Positions 1 to 13,056 of a DNA stretch of 32,369 nt are shown here, one piece after another. The notes below the pieces were generated by a model. The model ran no database searches. It was not told where the DNA came from and saw nothing but the letters and a program-made list of their open reading frames with translations. The stretch is from positions 102,683,429 through 102,715,797 of the forward strand of contig NC_068985.1 in assembly GCF_001194135.2 (NCBI RefSeq), given 5' to 3'. The translations under genes and the position numbers were made by a program. The number at the start of each line of letters is the position of its first letter. Within the stretch, counting starts at the first letter, position 1. Source of the stretch: Octopus bimaculoides (Eukaryota).

Positions 1-47
<47 letters not shown>

Positions 48-135
48 CTGTCTGTCTGTATGTATGCATGTATGTATGTATGTATGTACATCTATCTATA
101 CATACATATAGATAGATGTGTGTGCGTGTGTGTGT
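1..135. repeat. Compound (TG)n/(TATG)n microsatellite
   Basis: Read directly; it explains the 6..257 'VCVCVC' ORF. Confidence 0.97.
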
Positions 136-291
136 GTAGAAATGTACATCTATATAGAAAGTTCAAATATATCGATCATAATGGCATACACATTCAAATA
201 GTATATAGAGATACATGTGAAATTTATAGAAAACAAAAGATGAAGACAGGCGTATGAACAAGCAGCATATTTTACCTATATACACAAATAA

Positions 292-342
<51 letters not shown>

Positions 343-427
343 CATTTCTTTTATTAGCCACACAGGGCTCAACGAAGATGGGACAAATACAATGTAGAGC
401 TTTTCTTTTTGGGAGGGGGAAGGAAGG
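292..427 (-). mobile_element. Probable 3' end of a non-LTR retroelement with a (TATC)n tail, running into an assembly gap
   Basis: On the minus strand, unique sequence ends in AATAAA (355->350) followed immediately by a (TCTA)n run (342->292). The body continues into the N gap at 428. The family is not identifiable from this fragment. Confidence 0.45.
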
Positions 428-825
428 NNNNNNNNNNNNNNNNNNNNNNNNNNNNNNNNNNNNNNNNNNNNNNNNNNNNNNNNNNNNNNNNNNNNNNNNN
501 NNNNNNNNNNNNNNNNNNNNNNNNNNNNNNNNNNNNNNNNNNNNNNNNNNNNNNNNNNNNNNNNNNNNNNNNNNNNNNNNNNNNNNNNNNNNNNNNNNNN
601 NNNNNNNNNNNNNNNNNNNNNNNNNNNNNNNNNNNNNNNNNNNNNNNNNNNNNNNNNNNNNNNNNNNNNNNNNNNNNNNNNNNNNNNNNNNNNNNNNNNN
701 NNNNNNNNNNNNNNNNNNNNNNNNNNNNNNNNNNNNNNNNNNNNNNNNNNNNNNNNNNNNNNNNNNNNNNNNNNNNNNNNNNNNNNNNNNNNNNNNNNNN
801 NNNNNNNNNNNNNNNNNNNNNNNNN
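428..825. other. Assembly gap (others at 3142-3413, 5228-5601, 6178-6254, 19434-19533, 20336-21125, 29364-29509)
   Basis: N runs, several of them bordered by microsatellites. The 100-N gap at 19434 is probably of unknown size. Confidence 0.99.
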
Positions 826-1406
826 TTTTTTTTTTTTGTTCAATCAAACAAACAACAACCACAAAAAAAAAAACCAACCTCCTCAGAGTTCATGCGCGTT
901 TTTTTTTTTTTTCTTGATAAATCTCTTTGTGTATAAGTATGCTTATATGTATTTTAGCTATTGAGTTTGAGTAGATGTGTTACTCGTTTACCGTTTGTTT
1001 GATAGATTGGTAAGTCAGTTGGTCGTCCGGATTGTTGCCTTGCTGGATGGCTGGTTCTACATACTCCACATACATGCAAACATACATTTACATATATGTG
1101 TCCGTGTGTGTTTATACATGCAGTTCATACTCATGTGCTCATGTGTATGTATGTGTTTGTGTATGAGTGTGATACTCACTTTCTTCATTTCTTTTTTTCT
1201 ACATTATTTATAGTACGGAAACTACCATTTCGTTTCGCTTTTTACTATTTGTGCCTTCACTCTAGCAAAAATAATTAAGACACCAGCAAGCAAAGTAAAT
1301 ACGTTTTTGCTTTATGTTTGTTTGTATTATTATTATTATTGTTCAGTAGTTTTATTTTTATAACGTGCTTTCACTTCACTACCGAGCGCAGCTCTGTGCG
1401 CCTTGG

Positions 1407-1407
<1 letters not shown>

Positions 1408-1473
<66 letters not shown>

Positions 1474-1476
1474 TAT
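1408..1476. repeat. (TTA)n microsatellite; matching (TTA)n/(TAG)n run at 1895-1961 on the other side of the SINE
   Basis: Read directly; it gives the poly-Y and poly-I ORFs. Confidence 0.97.
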
Positions 1477-1477
1477 A

Positions 1478-1895
1478 GGCGCAGGAGTGGCTGTGTGGTA
1501 AGTAGCTTGCTTATCAACCACATGGTTCCCGGTTCAGTCCCACTGCGTGGCACCTTAGGCAAGTGTCTTTTACTATAGCCTCGGGCCGACCAAAGCCTCG
1601 TGAGTGGATTTGGTAGACGGAAACTGAAAGAAGCCCGTCGTATATATATGTATATGTATGTATATATATATATGTGTGTGTGTGTGTATTTGTGTGTCTG
1701 TGTTTGTCCCCCAACATCGCTTGACAACCGATGCTGGTGTGTTCACGTCCCCGTAACTTAGCGGTTCGGCAATAAGAGTCCATAGAATAACTACTAGGCT
1801 TACAAAGAATAAGTCCTGGGGTCGATTTGCTCGACTACAGGCGGTGGTCCAGCATGGCCGCAGTCAAATGACTGAAACAAATAAAAGATAAAAGA
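1478..1895 (+). mobile_element. tRNA-derived SINE, family A, full length
   Basis: Pol III A box TGGCTGTGTGG (1488-1498) and B box GGTTCAGTCCC (1531-1541). CORE-like CACCTTAGGCAAGTGTC, an internal (TA)n(TG)n tract, and a 3' hairpin CAGTC-AAAT-GACTG (1861-1874). Homologous to copies at 9860, 12451 and 18410. Confidence 0.92.
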
Positions 1896-1914
1896 TTATT
1901 ATTATTATTATTAT

Positions 1915-1961
<47 letters not shown>

Positions 1962-2159
1962 TTTTGTAATGTAATGTAATCAATTCTCTGTATTCAAATT
2001 GATAATTTATATTATAAACAACATCTGTGAAGTTGTAGCAGTCATGCTTTTCCCTGTGTAAGTTTTCTATGAGAATCTGAAGCTATACGCGTCATGTTAT
2101 TCGTTCAGTTGAATATCTGGCTCATACTTATGAAGAGCAGTGCACTTTATTTATGAGAA

Positions 2160-2300
2160 GTTATTGTTGTTGCAATTTAGCTTTAATCGGGCAGACATGC
2201 ATCTCAGGACTGCCCAACCATGACCGTCCTATCTTAATTTCAAGGACAAAATACTTTGAGCTGCATTATTCCAGTGTTCTTAGTATAGCATATTGTGGTT
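2160..2300 (-). mobile_element. Degenerate 3' tail of a SINE-like repeat (family D)
   Basis: Its reverse complement loosely resembles the plus-strand fragment at 22005-22145 (GGTC...GATCA...CTAAA..CAACAACAA-type end). Highly diverged. Confidence 0.4.
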
Positions 2301-3413
2301 GAACCTCTTTGTTATATTCGGAGAAAGAAGGCTGTGAGTGTTACGTGAAAGTAATATTTCCTTTTAAATTTCTTTAAGCAGCTTGCATGGCGAGGTTTTA
2401 CAGAAAACCTGTCATTTTTCTGACGTTGTTATGTTGTTTTTGTGGTTCTTGATGATATTCCTGTTGTTGTTAATTATTTGGAGGCTAATCTTGATTCAGT
2501 GCACTTATAATACAACGCACTCTACCATAGTCGTGCTGTTTCATTATTCCTTACTGTCTTTGAAGCACAACATTTTCAAAAATCTTTTATATAGACTGAT
2601 TTGACGGAGATATGGCAGTTATATTTGGTAAACCGTTTGACCACTTAAGGTTGGCTCATCTTTTTTCTTGTGATTCCCTGTGGAGTACATTCACCTAGAA
2701 ATTACAGTCCATCGCTGTTATAACTATTGAAGGAAAATGAACTAAGCATCGCAGGCCAACAAAACAAATATGAAATACATTACTGAACTGCATTCATTCT
2801 ATCATATAGTAACGTTTAACTCAACTATAGAAATAATTTATTGATAATGACTACATATACAGGCATGTAAATGTAGAAAAATGTTTCTGCAAAAGCAACA
2901 TTGACAGCGCAGTACAGTAACTATGATGTTAATGTATACATTTCGAAAGTAAACAGCTTTTACATAAATATTGGGTAACGGAACACAGACACTTGATGAA
3001 AATCTATGAAACAAATAAAAAAGGAAATCATTAGAAAATCCCGGACTATGGTACAGAGATTCTACACTATATATATCCCCATACATACATAAATGTATAC
3101 ATACATACACTACATGAATAAATATATATACATATATATATNNNNNNNNNNNNNNNNNNNNNNNNNNNNNNNNNNNNNNNNNNNNNNNNNNNNNNNNNNN
3201 NNNNNNNNNNNNNNNNNNNNNNNNNNNNNNNNNNNNNNNNNNNNNNNNNNNNNNNNNNNNNNNNNNNNNNNNNNNNNNNNNNNNNNNNNNNNNNNNNNNN
3301 NNNNNNNNNNNNNNNNNNNNNNNNNNNNNNNNNNNNNNNNNNNNNNNNNNNNNNNNNNNNNNNNNNNNNNNNNNNNNNNNNNNNNNNNNNNNNNNNNNNN
3401 NNNNNNNNNNNNN

Positions 3414-3470
<57 letters not shown>

Positions 3471-4099
3471 CACGCGCACGCAACCACTATCTGGCTATTT
3501 GCCACTTTATGACATTAATTCTCAATAAGATGAAAGTGTACGCAACAGCTAATTTAAATATCTGATTGCCTTGCAATACATCTGAGTCACCATCGAAATA
3601 CCATACTATTTGCAGACATCACCAATTCATTTATCCCTTCTTATAAAGCATAACAGGGATAAAATATGCACTTTAATCGATACGTTTTGGATCAAGGCGC
3701 ATCACACTCAATACCCAAAGTGGTCAGCTAGTCGTAATATAATATGGCTTTATGTCAGTAACGCCAGCAATAGAAAATGAAAAGATATCGCATGAGATTT
3801 TAAGGGGTAGTGATTTCATCCCTTAGGAAAAGCTGTCTGCGTTTGACTGCCATTCATGGCAGGAAATGTTTAGTCTCAGATTTGTCTAATTGTGCAGCAT
3901 CAGCGTTGGGCTCCATCAGAAAATATTAGATATATTATAATGAAAGGTTTATCACGGATATATCTACGAAAAGGAATGCCAGTTCTTGACTATGACGATG
4001 TGTGTGCCTTTATGTTCGTATGTATGTACGTTTATATATGACTATATATACATGTGTATATGTATATATGTATGTATATGATTACGTACACAGCCTATC

Positions 4100-4130
<31 letters not shown>

Positions 4131-4466
4131 TGCATGCATGTATGTATGTATGTATGTATGTATGCATGTATGTGCACACAAACTCACACAGCTATATATA
4201 TGGAGAGAGTGAAAGACCATTATTGAACAAATTTCTGCAATATGTGGGATCGAATACGGTGACCATAGATTCATTTTTCTTATAATAAAGGTAGGTGATT
4301 CTTTTCTCAATGTCTATATACATCCTTCTTTTTTTTTCTGCCTACTCTCTGATAAAAGAATGATTGGCATGAAGCTTCCACTTTCGAAACCGCCACCAGA
4401 TCGTCAGATACCACAAATACGAACATACAAATATAGGTAGAAAGATAGACAGACAGACAGACAGAC

Positions 4467-4532
<66 letters not shown>

Positions 4533-6889
4533 CAGACACAGACTGAGAAATGCAATTTCTATGCCCAATATATTAAATTAGTCAATTGAAGACACTGGCT
4601 CAAAGTTTTGCACATTGAGATTGAACCTGGAATCACGTTGTTACAACAAATCTTTTCAATCTATAACATGACCTCATTTCTACCTTAGTGTAACATGATC
4701 GACTTCCTGGACGACGAAATATCACAGTTTATTCTAGTTTGGTTTGATATCGGTTTGGTTTGATATCGGTTCACATAAATAAACCTAGAGAGCTATTTAC
4801 GCTGAAGCTCAACCATTTCTTTCAAGTATAACCATTGCTGGAAGAAATCAAGGAATTTCTAATATGAATGCTATCAATAAGCATTATTGGTTCAAGGAGA
4901 ACATCGGATATTGAGAATTGAACTTGGGTCACGAACTCAATCCGCATTAATTTTTCCACGGAACCAAGATGGCCAACAATAGCAATAAATAACCGATCAT
5001 TAGAGATATGGGAACGTCTCTCTCTGGGCTATTTAGATATCAGTTTTTGTTCAATAATATTTGTAGAGTCTTTATTTTTGTTTTTTGTTTTTTAATTATT
5101 TGTATTCATGTATTGGAGATATCAAGACGAGAGTAATAAATTAAGACTAAAAGCGTTTACATCGATATCAGAGCTATCTCTTTCTTTGCCCCATTTTCTT
5201 TGTTTATATCTGTGTACGATATATATANNNNNNNNNNNNNNNNNNNNNNNNNNNNNNNNNNNNNNNNNNNNNNNNNNNNNNNNNNNNNNNNNNNNNNNNN
5301 NNNNNNNNNNNNNNNNNNNNNNNNNNNNNNNNNNNNNNNNNNNNNNNNNNNNNNNNNNNNNNNNNNNNNNNNNNNNNNNNNNNNNNNNNNNNNNNNNNNN
5401 NNNNNNNNNNNNNNNNNNNNNNNNNNNNNNNNNNNNNNNNNNNNNNNNNNNNNNNNNNNNNNNNNNNNNNNNNNNNNNNNNNNNNNNNNNNNNNNNNNNN
5501 NNNNNNNNNNNNNNNNNNNNNNNNNNNNNNNNNNNNNNNNNNNNNNNNNNNNNNNNNNNNNNNNNNNNNNNNNNNNNNNNNNNNNNNNNNNNNNNNNNNN
5601 NTATACGCATATATGTTTGTATGTATGTATGATTGAACTTCTGTATATGTATGTACGCCACTCTTGATATGTCATAATACCGGGAAAAAAATATCCAAGA
5701 AATGATCAATGTCTTTATAAAATAAGAACGACAGTAGTGCAACAATAACCCTATGCTCTAGAAGTTAAGAGACAAGAACACAGAGAGAAAGAAAAGGTCG
5801 GAGGAAAGATTTTCAAAAAATCAGCGAATGTAATCTCTTTTGAAGAACATTCTTCGAAAAAAATATTTGGTCTTTATATATAATATTTTGGAACAACAGC
5901 TAAAGTATTATGTTGTTCGCATAGTGTCTGTGTGTGTGTGTGTGTGAAAGAGAGAGAGAGAGAGAGAGAGAGTGTGTGTGTGTATGTGTGTGTATGTGTG
6001 TGTGTGTATGTGTGCGTGCGTGTGTATGTCTATTTATATATGCATACAAGCGTTACAATATACTAGCTTCATCTACTTCTATGTACATACACGCGTATGT
6101 ATTCCTATGTATACAAATGTGTATATATACATGTATATGTACATATGTACATTCATATACATATATATATATATATANNNNNNNNNNNNNNNNNNNNNNN
6201 NNNNNNNNNNNNNNNNNNNNNNNNNNNNNNNNNNNNNNNNNNNNNNNNNNNNNNATATATCGAAAATTATAATTTAGGCTATCTAAGAGATACCGCCATG
6301 ATGAAAATAGCAGTCAAATCTTGACTTTAAACCACGATAAATGTTCATATAGCACACAGGAGCGAAGACGAAGAAACAAAATAAACTGGCAAAAATTACT
6401 GGATAATTCCAGTAATTATATATATATATATATATATGTTCCACACTCGAACCAATTCGAAATGGAAACTGTCCTCGTTCTTCACTATTCAAACTCGTAT
6501 CATATTACTTGCGTAGTTTTTGGTGTAAGAAACCTGTTACTTACACATGCAGACACTTTAAAGTGCAGAGTGAAAACCTTGCATGTTGCACATGTTAGTA
6601 TTTCAGGTGTTATGTTATCATTCTTGACCATCTTCTTTCTGGAGTGAACTAAACGATAGGAAATACGTATTTTTACACCCAGTAGAGATAATATTTGGCA
6701 AAAGTAGATCTGATTAATAAATCGATCTAACGAAATAATTTCATTACAAACTACGTGACTAGCACAGTGGCGTAATAAAGTCTGCTCTAAGATGCCATCT
6801 ACAACAATTTGTCTCGCCTAAATTAAATGGATACGAAGCCTACGAACAGAAGATAAAGACAAGGCAACGAAAATATAGATATTGTCGAC

Positions 6890-7245
6890 GGAAGAGGTGG
6901 GTAATGACGGTTATGATGGTGATGATGATGGATACTGGTGATAACGGTGCTGATTGTAATAGCAATGGGGTTGGTGGGGATGAAGGTAATGGACGTTGTC
7001 GTACTCAGTAGAAAATGTTTGTGGTGATGTTATTCGTAGCAATGATGGAGGTGGAGGTAACAGTAGTGTTGGACCTGGTACTGATGACCTCGGCGGCGGT
7101 GGTGGCTTCGATGGCGGCGGTGGCAGTGGTGGCAGCTTTGGTGGTGGTGGTCGTCATCGTCGTCGTCGTCGTGGCCATGGTCGTGGTTGTGGTGGTGGTG
7201 GTGGTATTGGTGATGGTGAGGATGATATGATGGAATGATAATGAT
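6890..7245. repeat. (GGT/GAT/GGC)n low-complexity trinucleotide tract
   Basis: Open in several frames on both strands (Gly-rich, Val-rich, Thr-rich), which is typical of degenerate triplet repeats. Confidence 0.85.
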
Positions 7246-7314
7246 TTTTTTTTTAACGTAATAGACACATTCCTAGCATCTCAAGTATGATGGATTGTTT
7301 ATAACAGCGTTCTT

Positions 7315-7375
<61 letters not shown>

Positions 7376-7400
7376 CAGCAGCAGCAGCAGCAGAAGCAGG
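7315..7400. repeat. (GTA)n-(GCA)n compound microsatellite
   Basis: Read directly. Confidence 0.97.
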
Positions 7401-8859
7401 ATGGTGTTTCCTATTAAACTGACCTTCTTATTAGTAGCGGCTTTACTTATGCTGAGTTCAAGTCTGTCTTTAAGTATAGCACAGAGAATGGCGGTCCTTA
7501 CCAGGTTTTTCTTTTATATATATATATTTAGAATATGACTATTGTTATAATCAGAAAGGTAGAGATAATGCCTATGAGATTGGTGCGTTTAATGTTTGGT
7601 TTTAAATAACTATAGATGAATGCTTACCAAAAACATTTAGGGAACCGGCGTTTTAGAGGTTAGCGATGTCGGGAAGGAAACACCGAGTGAAGTATTCTGC
7701 AAGGTGTGACAGGCGACACATGGAGAGAATGACGGGGTAATATGAAGGCATTGGCTTATGTTGGCTGAGAAAGCTATTGAGCAACAGTTGTTATAGAAGA
7801 GGTAATGAGATATCTCTTAGAAACAGTGTAAACTGTTGGGTAGAAATCCATGAATAAAATACGTTACTGGAAACAGAATGGTACTCAGCATTTTTTTATG
7901 TATAAAATTGTACTACGATGGTTTGAGTATATAGGCTGGCATTATTTTATAATTTAAATATTGACATATATGTCAAATATTTCAGCGGATCAATAACAAC
8001 CTGAGGTCGAATTTAAGTATCGGACAACAGTTTGATTTTATTAATTTAGAAAGCAATTGACTATTGGAAATTCTTGAGTGAGAAAAAAGAATTAATATTT
8101 AAACGTAAAGTTCGAAGGATGATGATTATGTGAATAACAAGACGAAAGAGTTCATAGAACAAAGAAAAAGTGTAAAATATGAAAAGAATTATCGTCAATA
8201 ATACATCAAGTAGTCGCGATGACACTGAATATTTTTGAGATTGTACAAAGTGATTGAGAGAGATCAAACGTTGTCTCTCAGAAGATTTGAATTCAGCACT
8301 GGAATTTGACGAAACACTTTCCTGTTGACAATATGGTTACTGATACGGTGAGGATTCAGTGATATTTATTTAGCCCGATGTGAGCTCTACGTGTTTAACA
8401 GGAAAACAATGCATATAGCAGTAAATGGCGGTTGTAAGCTTTTGTCCTAATGTTTGTCCTAATGGCTACTGAACCCTCATCGATTTGGTTAACTTCCACA
8501 TTTGTGCAGACATTATTTCTACGAATTTCGTATATTGTTATAGTAAACATTTTTTTTTTAATGTTAATATGAATTGAGTATGTCTAATATAAAGTGAATT
8601 AGGAGTTTATGGAAAACGAGAAATTGATTGATTATAAACGCTTCATTTTCAGTTGGCAAATACCGCAGAATTGAAGTAAGCTCCTGACGAGTCGAATCTT
8701 TATGTTGCTGCTTATAAACATTTCATTATTCTTACGCACTTACATACTCTTCTGAGACCTGAACTTTGCATCTTCTTAGCTCTCATCCCGAATTAATCTT
8801 ACAAAGGCGGTCGATAGACAGAATCGTTCAAACATCGGTCAAACAATTCACGTTAATTG

Positions 8860-8950
8860 ATCAGGTCCTCTGCATTCTAGGTTCAACTCCCAGTGAGTTG
8901 AACTCTGACTTTCATCCTTCCATGTGCTGGGTTCGATTCTATAAGTTTTC
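8860..8950 (+). mobile_element. Degenerate SINE family B fragment (B box plus central domain)
   Basis: GGTTCAACTCCC...GACTTTCATCCTTCC...GGGTTCGATTCTATAAG resembles the B-box/central segment of the family B copies at 21243 and 23157-23818. Confidence 0.5.
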
Positions 8951-8984
8951 CATTTTCTCTCTTTTTTGTCCCTTTATCGCTTAC

Positions 8985-9001
8985 TCTCTCTCTCTCACTC
9001 A

Positions 9002-9078
<77 letters not shown>

Positions 9079-9150
9079 GTTCACTCTCTCTCTTTTACAC
9101 ACACATACATACATACACACATACACACACACACATTCACACACACGCAC
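8985..9150. repeat. (CT)n followed by (CA)n microsatellite
   Basis: Read directly. Confidence 0.97.
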
Positions 9151-9446
9151 ATATTATTCTTTTCTCCTTATCTCACACTCTCAAAAATGGCCCTCATCTG
9201 TGAGAAAGTCATAGCAAACAACTCACAATGTTCTTTGTCGAAAAATAATTGAGGACGGTTCTGCGAGAGACTCTTAAGCATCTCTGATTTAGTATACTAC
9301 AAAAAGGCCCCTCAAAAAAGAATTAGCCATGGTCAGCGTGACGAAGGCATACCTCTCAGCACCTTTCCGTCTGAATAGCAGACTAGCAAAAAGAATAGAC
9401 TCCGAAAGAAAGGCCTTTAGTTTTGCACTTAGCTTTCCTAGTTCAG

Positions 9447-9735
9447 CGTAACCCGACTTTTCGTGCGATATCACTTTTTCCAACGTCACTTCGTCCACGT
9501 CTTTTTGTCCGACGTCTTTATGTCAGATGAATTTTCTGTCCAACGATTTTTTGTCCAATTTTAAATAAATTCTTTAGAAAACAAGGTGAACATCAAAACC
9601 AAATACTCATTAAGAATTTTATCGATAGGATTTGTCGATGGACAAAAATAATCATCGGTCAAAAAGACGGTGGACCAAAAGGCGTGGACGAAAAGACGTT
9701 TGATGAAGTGACGTCGGGCGAAAAGACATAGCACC
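9447..9735. mobile_element. Non-autonomous foldback/Mutator-type DNA transposon (MITE), 289 bp
   Basis: Direct repeat CTAGTTCAG at 9438-9446 and 9736-9744 (9-bp TSD; 10 bp if the adjacent C is counted). Inverted arrays of a ~15-bp motif (GTCWYTTYGTCCRAC-like) at ~9455-9560 and ~9638-9728 flank an AT-rich spacer. CTTTTCG lies at the same offset from both ends. TSDs of 9-11 bp are characteristic of the Mutator/Foldback superfamily. Confidence 0.85.
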
Positions 9736-9859
9736 CTAGTTCAGATTCTCTTACGTCGACTTTGTCTTTCAGTAAATTACTGTTTCATAAAGGAGGAATT
9801 AAATTGAGAATATCTAGTCTGTTCGTGAGTTTGTACCAAATCTACAAAGTCATTATATA

Positions 9860-10015
9860 GGTGTGACAGTGTGGTAAGAAGTTTGCTTTCCTTCCACATG
9901 CTTCCCTGGCACGTCGGGAAAATGTTTTCTACAATAGCCTCGGGCCGAGCAAGGCTTTGTGAATGGATCTGTTAGCCGCAGACTGAAAGAAACCCGTCAT
10001 ATGTATGTGTTTATA

Positions 10016-10064
<49 letters not shown>

Positions 10065-10296
10065 GTGTGTGCATATGCGTGCGTGTGTATGCGTCTTGTT
10101 TGTGTCTGTGCTTATACCTCACCATAGCCTTACAACCGGCATCGAGGCGTTTATGTCTTCGTATCTAGCGGTTAGATCAAAGAAACCAATAGAACAAGTA
10201 CCAGTCTTAAAAAATTATGTTCGGGATCCATTCGTTCGACTAAAATTATTCAATGCTGTGCCTCAGCATGTCCGCAGCCTAATGAGGAAATACAAG
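9860..10296 (+). mobile_element. tRNA-derived SINE, family A, diverged, B box deleted
   Basis: Collinear with 1478-1895 (GTGTGGTAAG, ATAGCCTCGGGCCGA, internal TA/TG tract, TTCGTTCGACTAA, CAGCATGTCCGCAG). The GGTTCAGTCCC segment is missing. Confidence 0.88.
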
Positions 10297-10850
10297 TAAC
10301 AGATAACAAATAAAATATTACGTTTAATATATTTCTGGGCAACGGGCAATGAATTTACAGACCTGTTGAAATAGCAAACACTATATTTCCGGCTTGAGAT
10401 AGCAGTGTTTCTTATTCCGAGTTCAAATTCAGCAACGTTTATTTTGTTATGCACCTTGCTTGGGATAGGTTACAGATAACACTATTCAAGGAGGATACAT
10501 ATCTACCACTTAAAATCTATGAGATCGTGCCTATATTAGAAAACAATATATTTCTGTGCAACAAAGGAGATTTTTTTGGAATATAGCGTTTATATTCATT
10601 CTCATAGTTTAAAAATAACAAATAAACATGAAATAACATGAAATGTCAGACTTTCTTGGAGCAATACTTGTGATACAAATATGTTAAATGTTCAAGCAAA
10701 TTCTTTGAATTAAGAACATTGGTCAATATTATAAGAAAAAGGAATAATCTATATAACTTTCTACTTGAAATTTTAATAGTTAAAAATAAATTGATATTTC
10801 TTATTGAATGCATATGTATAGTACAAACATATAATCACATGATTGCACAC

Positions 10851-10891
<41 letters not shown>

Positions 10892-11233
10892 GTATGTATG
10901 CATATATGTATGTACTGCTATGGATAAAGGAAATAAAATATTGAATAACATATATCATCTTGGTCTTTCGAAAACTTTCACGTTATATAAATTCAACATT
11001 TTCCAGTAAATTTTACAATGAATAACTAATTTTTTCACCATTTTTATCTGTTGAAATTAAATTCAATAATTTGTGCCTCTTTACATATGTCTTTATTTCT
11101 TCTTTTACTCCATTCTAATTTGTTGTTGTTGTTTTTTTTTATATTTTCTTAGTTTCTTTGCAATTTTTCTTTTTCTTCATTCTCACTTTGTTTGTTACTA
11201 TTTTCTTTGCTTTTGCAGTTGAATTTTTTTTAC

Positions 11234-11287
11234 CTCATTTTCTTCGATTTCGTTTCTTTTAATCAATGTTTCCGGTACAACAGCCAT
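11234..11287 (-). CDS. Candidate first coding exon of an unidentified minus-strand gene (MAVVPETLIKRNEIEENE)
   Basis: CAAAATGG start context, 18 stop-free codons, and a phase-0 donor GAG|GTAAAA at 11233. No downstream exon was identified and no homology recognised. Confidence 0.25.
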
Positions 11288-11386
11288 TTTGTTCACTTCA
11301 AACTTCTGTTTCAACGGTTTTTCATTTCAAACTGTGACATTTTCAAGTTCATATTACGTTCAATTTAGCAGTTTCAATTCTTCTAG

Positions 11387-11660
<274 letters not shown>

Positions 11661-12450
11661 TTTTCAATTTTTATCATTTACTTTTCAGCTGTACGCACAC
11701 ACACAAACCTTCACACACATGCATAGATATATAGAGAGAATGAGGGAAGAGAGAGAGAGAGAGAAACAGATAGACAGACAGATAGAGAAAGAGAGAGAAC
11801 GACAGAGATAGAATGTGTGTATGCATATGTGTACATTCGCATTCCTATGCGTTCACATGAGAAACTGTGTTGCATATTGTATGAGTGTATTAGTATCTTT
11901 TTCTTAGTTTATATAAACACGCATGTATGCCTTTGTATGTTTCATCTATTTTCCTATTCCTGCAGCGGAAGTTGCATGTTAACGTGAGCGAAAGAGGATA
12001 GCGGGGGCGGAGTGGGAACTGCCAGTGTGTATACGCGTTAATGTTTGAATGTGTGAAAAGAAGAAGCGTGTATATATGTGAGTAAGAATGTACAAGAAAA
12101 GGAGAAGCAGAAAATGTAATGAAATTTTACTAGGTTTCTCTGTGCATCTCGCTGTTTGTGCATTTTTAGGTTTGATGGAGAGGGATGAATGAAAATACAC
12201 CAAAATCGATACGTTATAGATTTCCTTTTTTTTATGTTTAGCAGGGGTTAAATATCATTGTATGGGCGTGGTACAATGTGGTGAGGTTTAAACGGTTATA
12301 GTAATAAGATAAGATATAGCAAAACATAGAACATTAAACTAAGTAGCAGAAAAGATTGATTTGTTAAACTTATGTTAAACTTTGGTGGAGAGAAAGAGAA
12401 TATAACAATTGTAAAAGTTAATAGATAAAATAAAGATACACATACATATA

Positions 12451-12654
12451 CTAATCAACCATATACTAATCAACCATATACTAATCAACCATATACTAAT
12501 CAACCATATACTAATCAACCATATACTAATCAGCCATATGGTTCCAGTACCAGAGTGGCACCTTGCGCAAGTGTCTTCTACTATAGCCTCAGTCTGACCA
12601 AAGCCTTGTGAGTGGATATGGTAGACGGAAAGTGAAAGTAACCCGTTGTATATG

Positions 12655-12691
<37 letters not shown>

Positions 12692-12694
12692 ATG

Positions 12695-12763
<69 letters not shown>

Positions 12764-12965
12764 CTCTGCGTCTGTATTTGTTCCCCACTCCCTACCGTTG
12801 GTGTGTTTGCGTCCCCATGACTTAGTGGTTCGGCAAAAGAGAGTGATAGAATAAGTACTAGGCTTTAAAAAGGATAAGTCCTATGATCGATTTGTTCGAC
12901 TAAATCCCTTCTGGACGGTGCCCAAGCCTGACCGCAGCCAAATGGCTGAAACAGACAAAAGACAA
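12451..12965 (+). mobile_element. tRNA-derived SINE, family A, with its head replaced by a 15-bp tandem repeat
   Basis: Body collinear with 1478-1895 from GTGGCACCTTGCGCAAGTGTCTTCTACTATAGCCTC to the 3' hairpin CAGCC-AAAT-GGCTG (12935-12948). Six copies of CTAATCAACCATATA at 12451-12540. Confidence 0.9.
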
Positions 12966-13056
12966 CTATTGAAATGATTTCTACATGGTTGCCGTACAAA
13001 GTAGAACTAGCAATTAACTTCTCCTCACACAACCCTATACCATTTTGAGAAAGCAA

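Noticed and set aside
1478-1545. tRNA gene calls at SINE heads (also 15023-15090)
   Set aside because: A and B boxes are present but there is no complete cloverleaf, and each continues into a SINE body.
4737-4771. 16-bp direct duplication GTTTGGTTTGATATCG x2
   Set aside because: Ordinary slippage duplication with no associated structure.
6-6324. Long ORFs of 100-230 aa in the supplied track, and 20296-21204
   Set aside because: They are made of X from N gaps plus dinucleotide-repeat translations (VCVC, YIYI, LSLS, RERE).
6996-7238. 80-aa Gly-rich ORF with an RHRRRRR stretch, resembling a glycine-rich or RNA-binding protein
   Set aside because: It lies in a degenerate GGT/GAT triplet tract that is open in several frames on both strands, with no splice or homology support.
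8684-8700. CTGACGA hammerhead-like box
   Set aside because: There is no downstream GAAA box or supporting helices.
11258-11287. Resemblance of VPETLIK to the N-terminus of ribosomal protein L7
   Set aside because: The match is only about 6 residues and is followed by acidic rather than basic residues. No gene symbol is justified.
12451-12540. Regular short-repeat array considered as CRISPR-like
   Set aside because: The repeats are contiguous with no spacers, the context is eukaryotic, and the unit derives from a SINE head.
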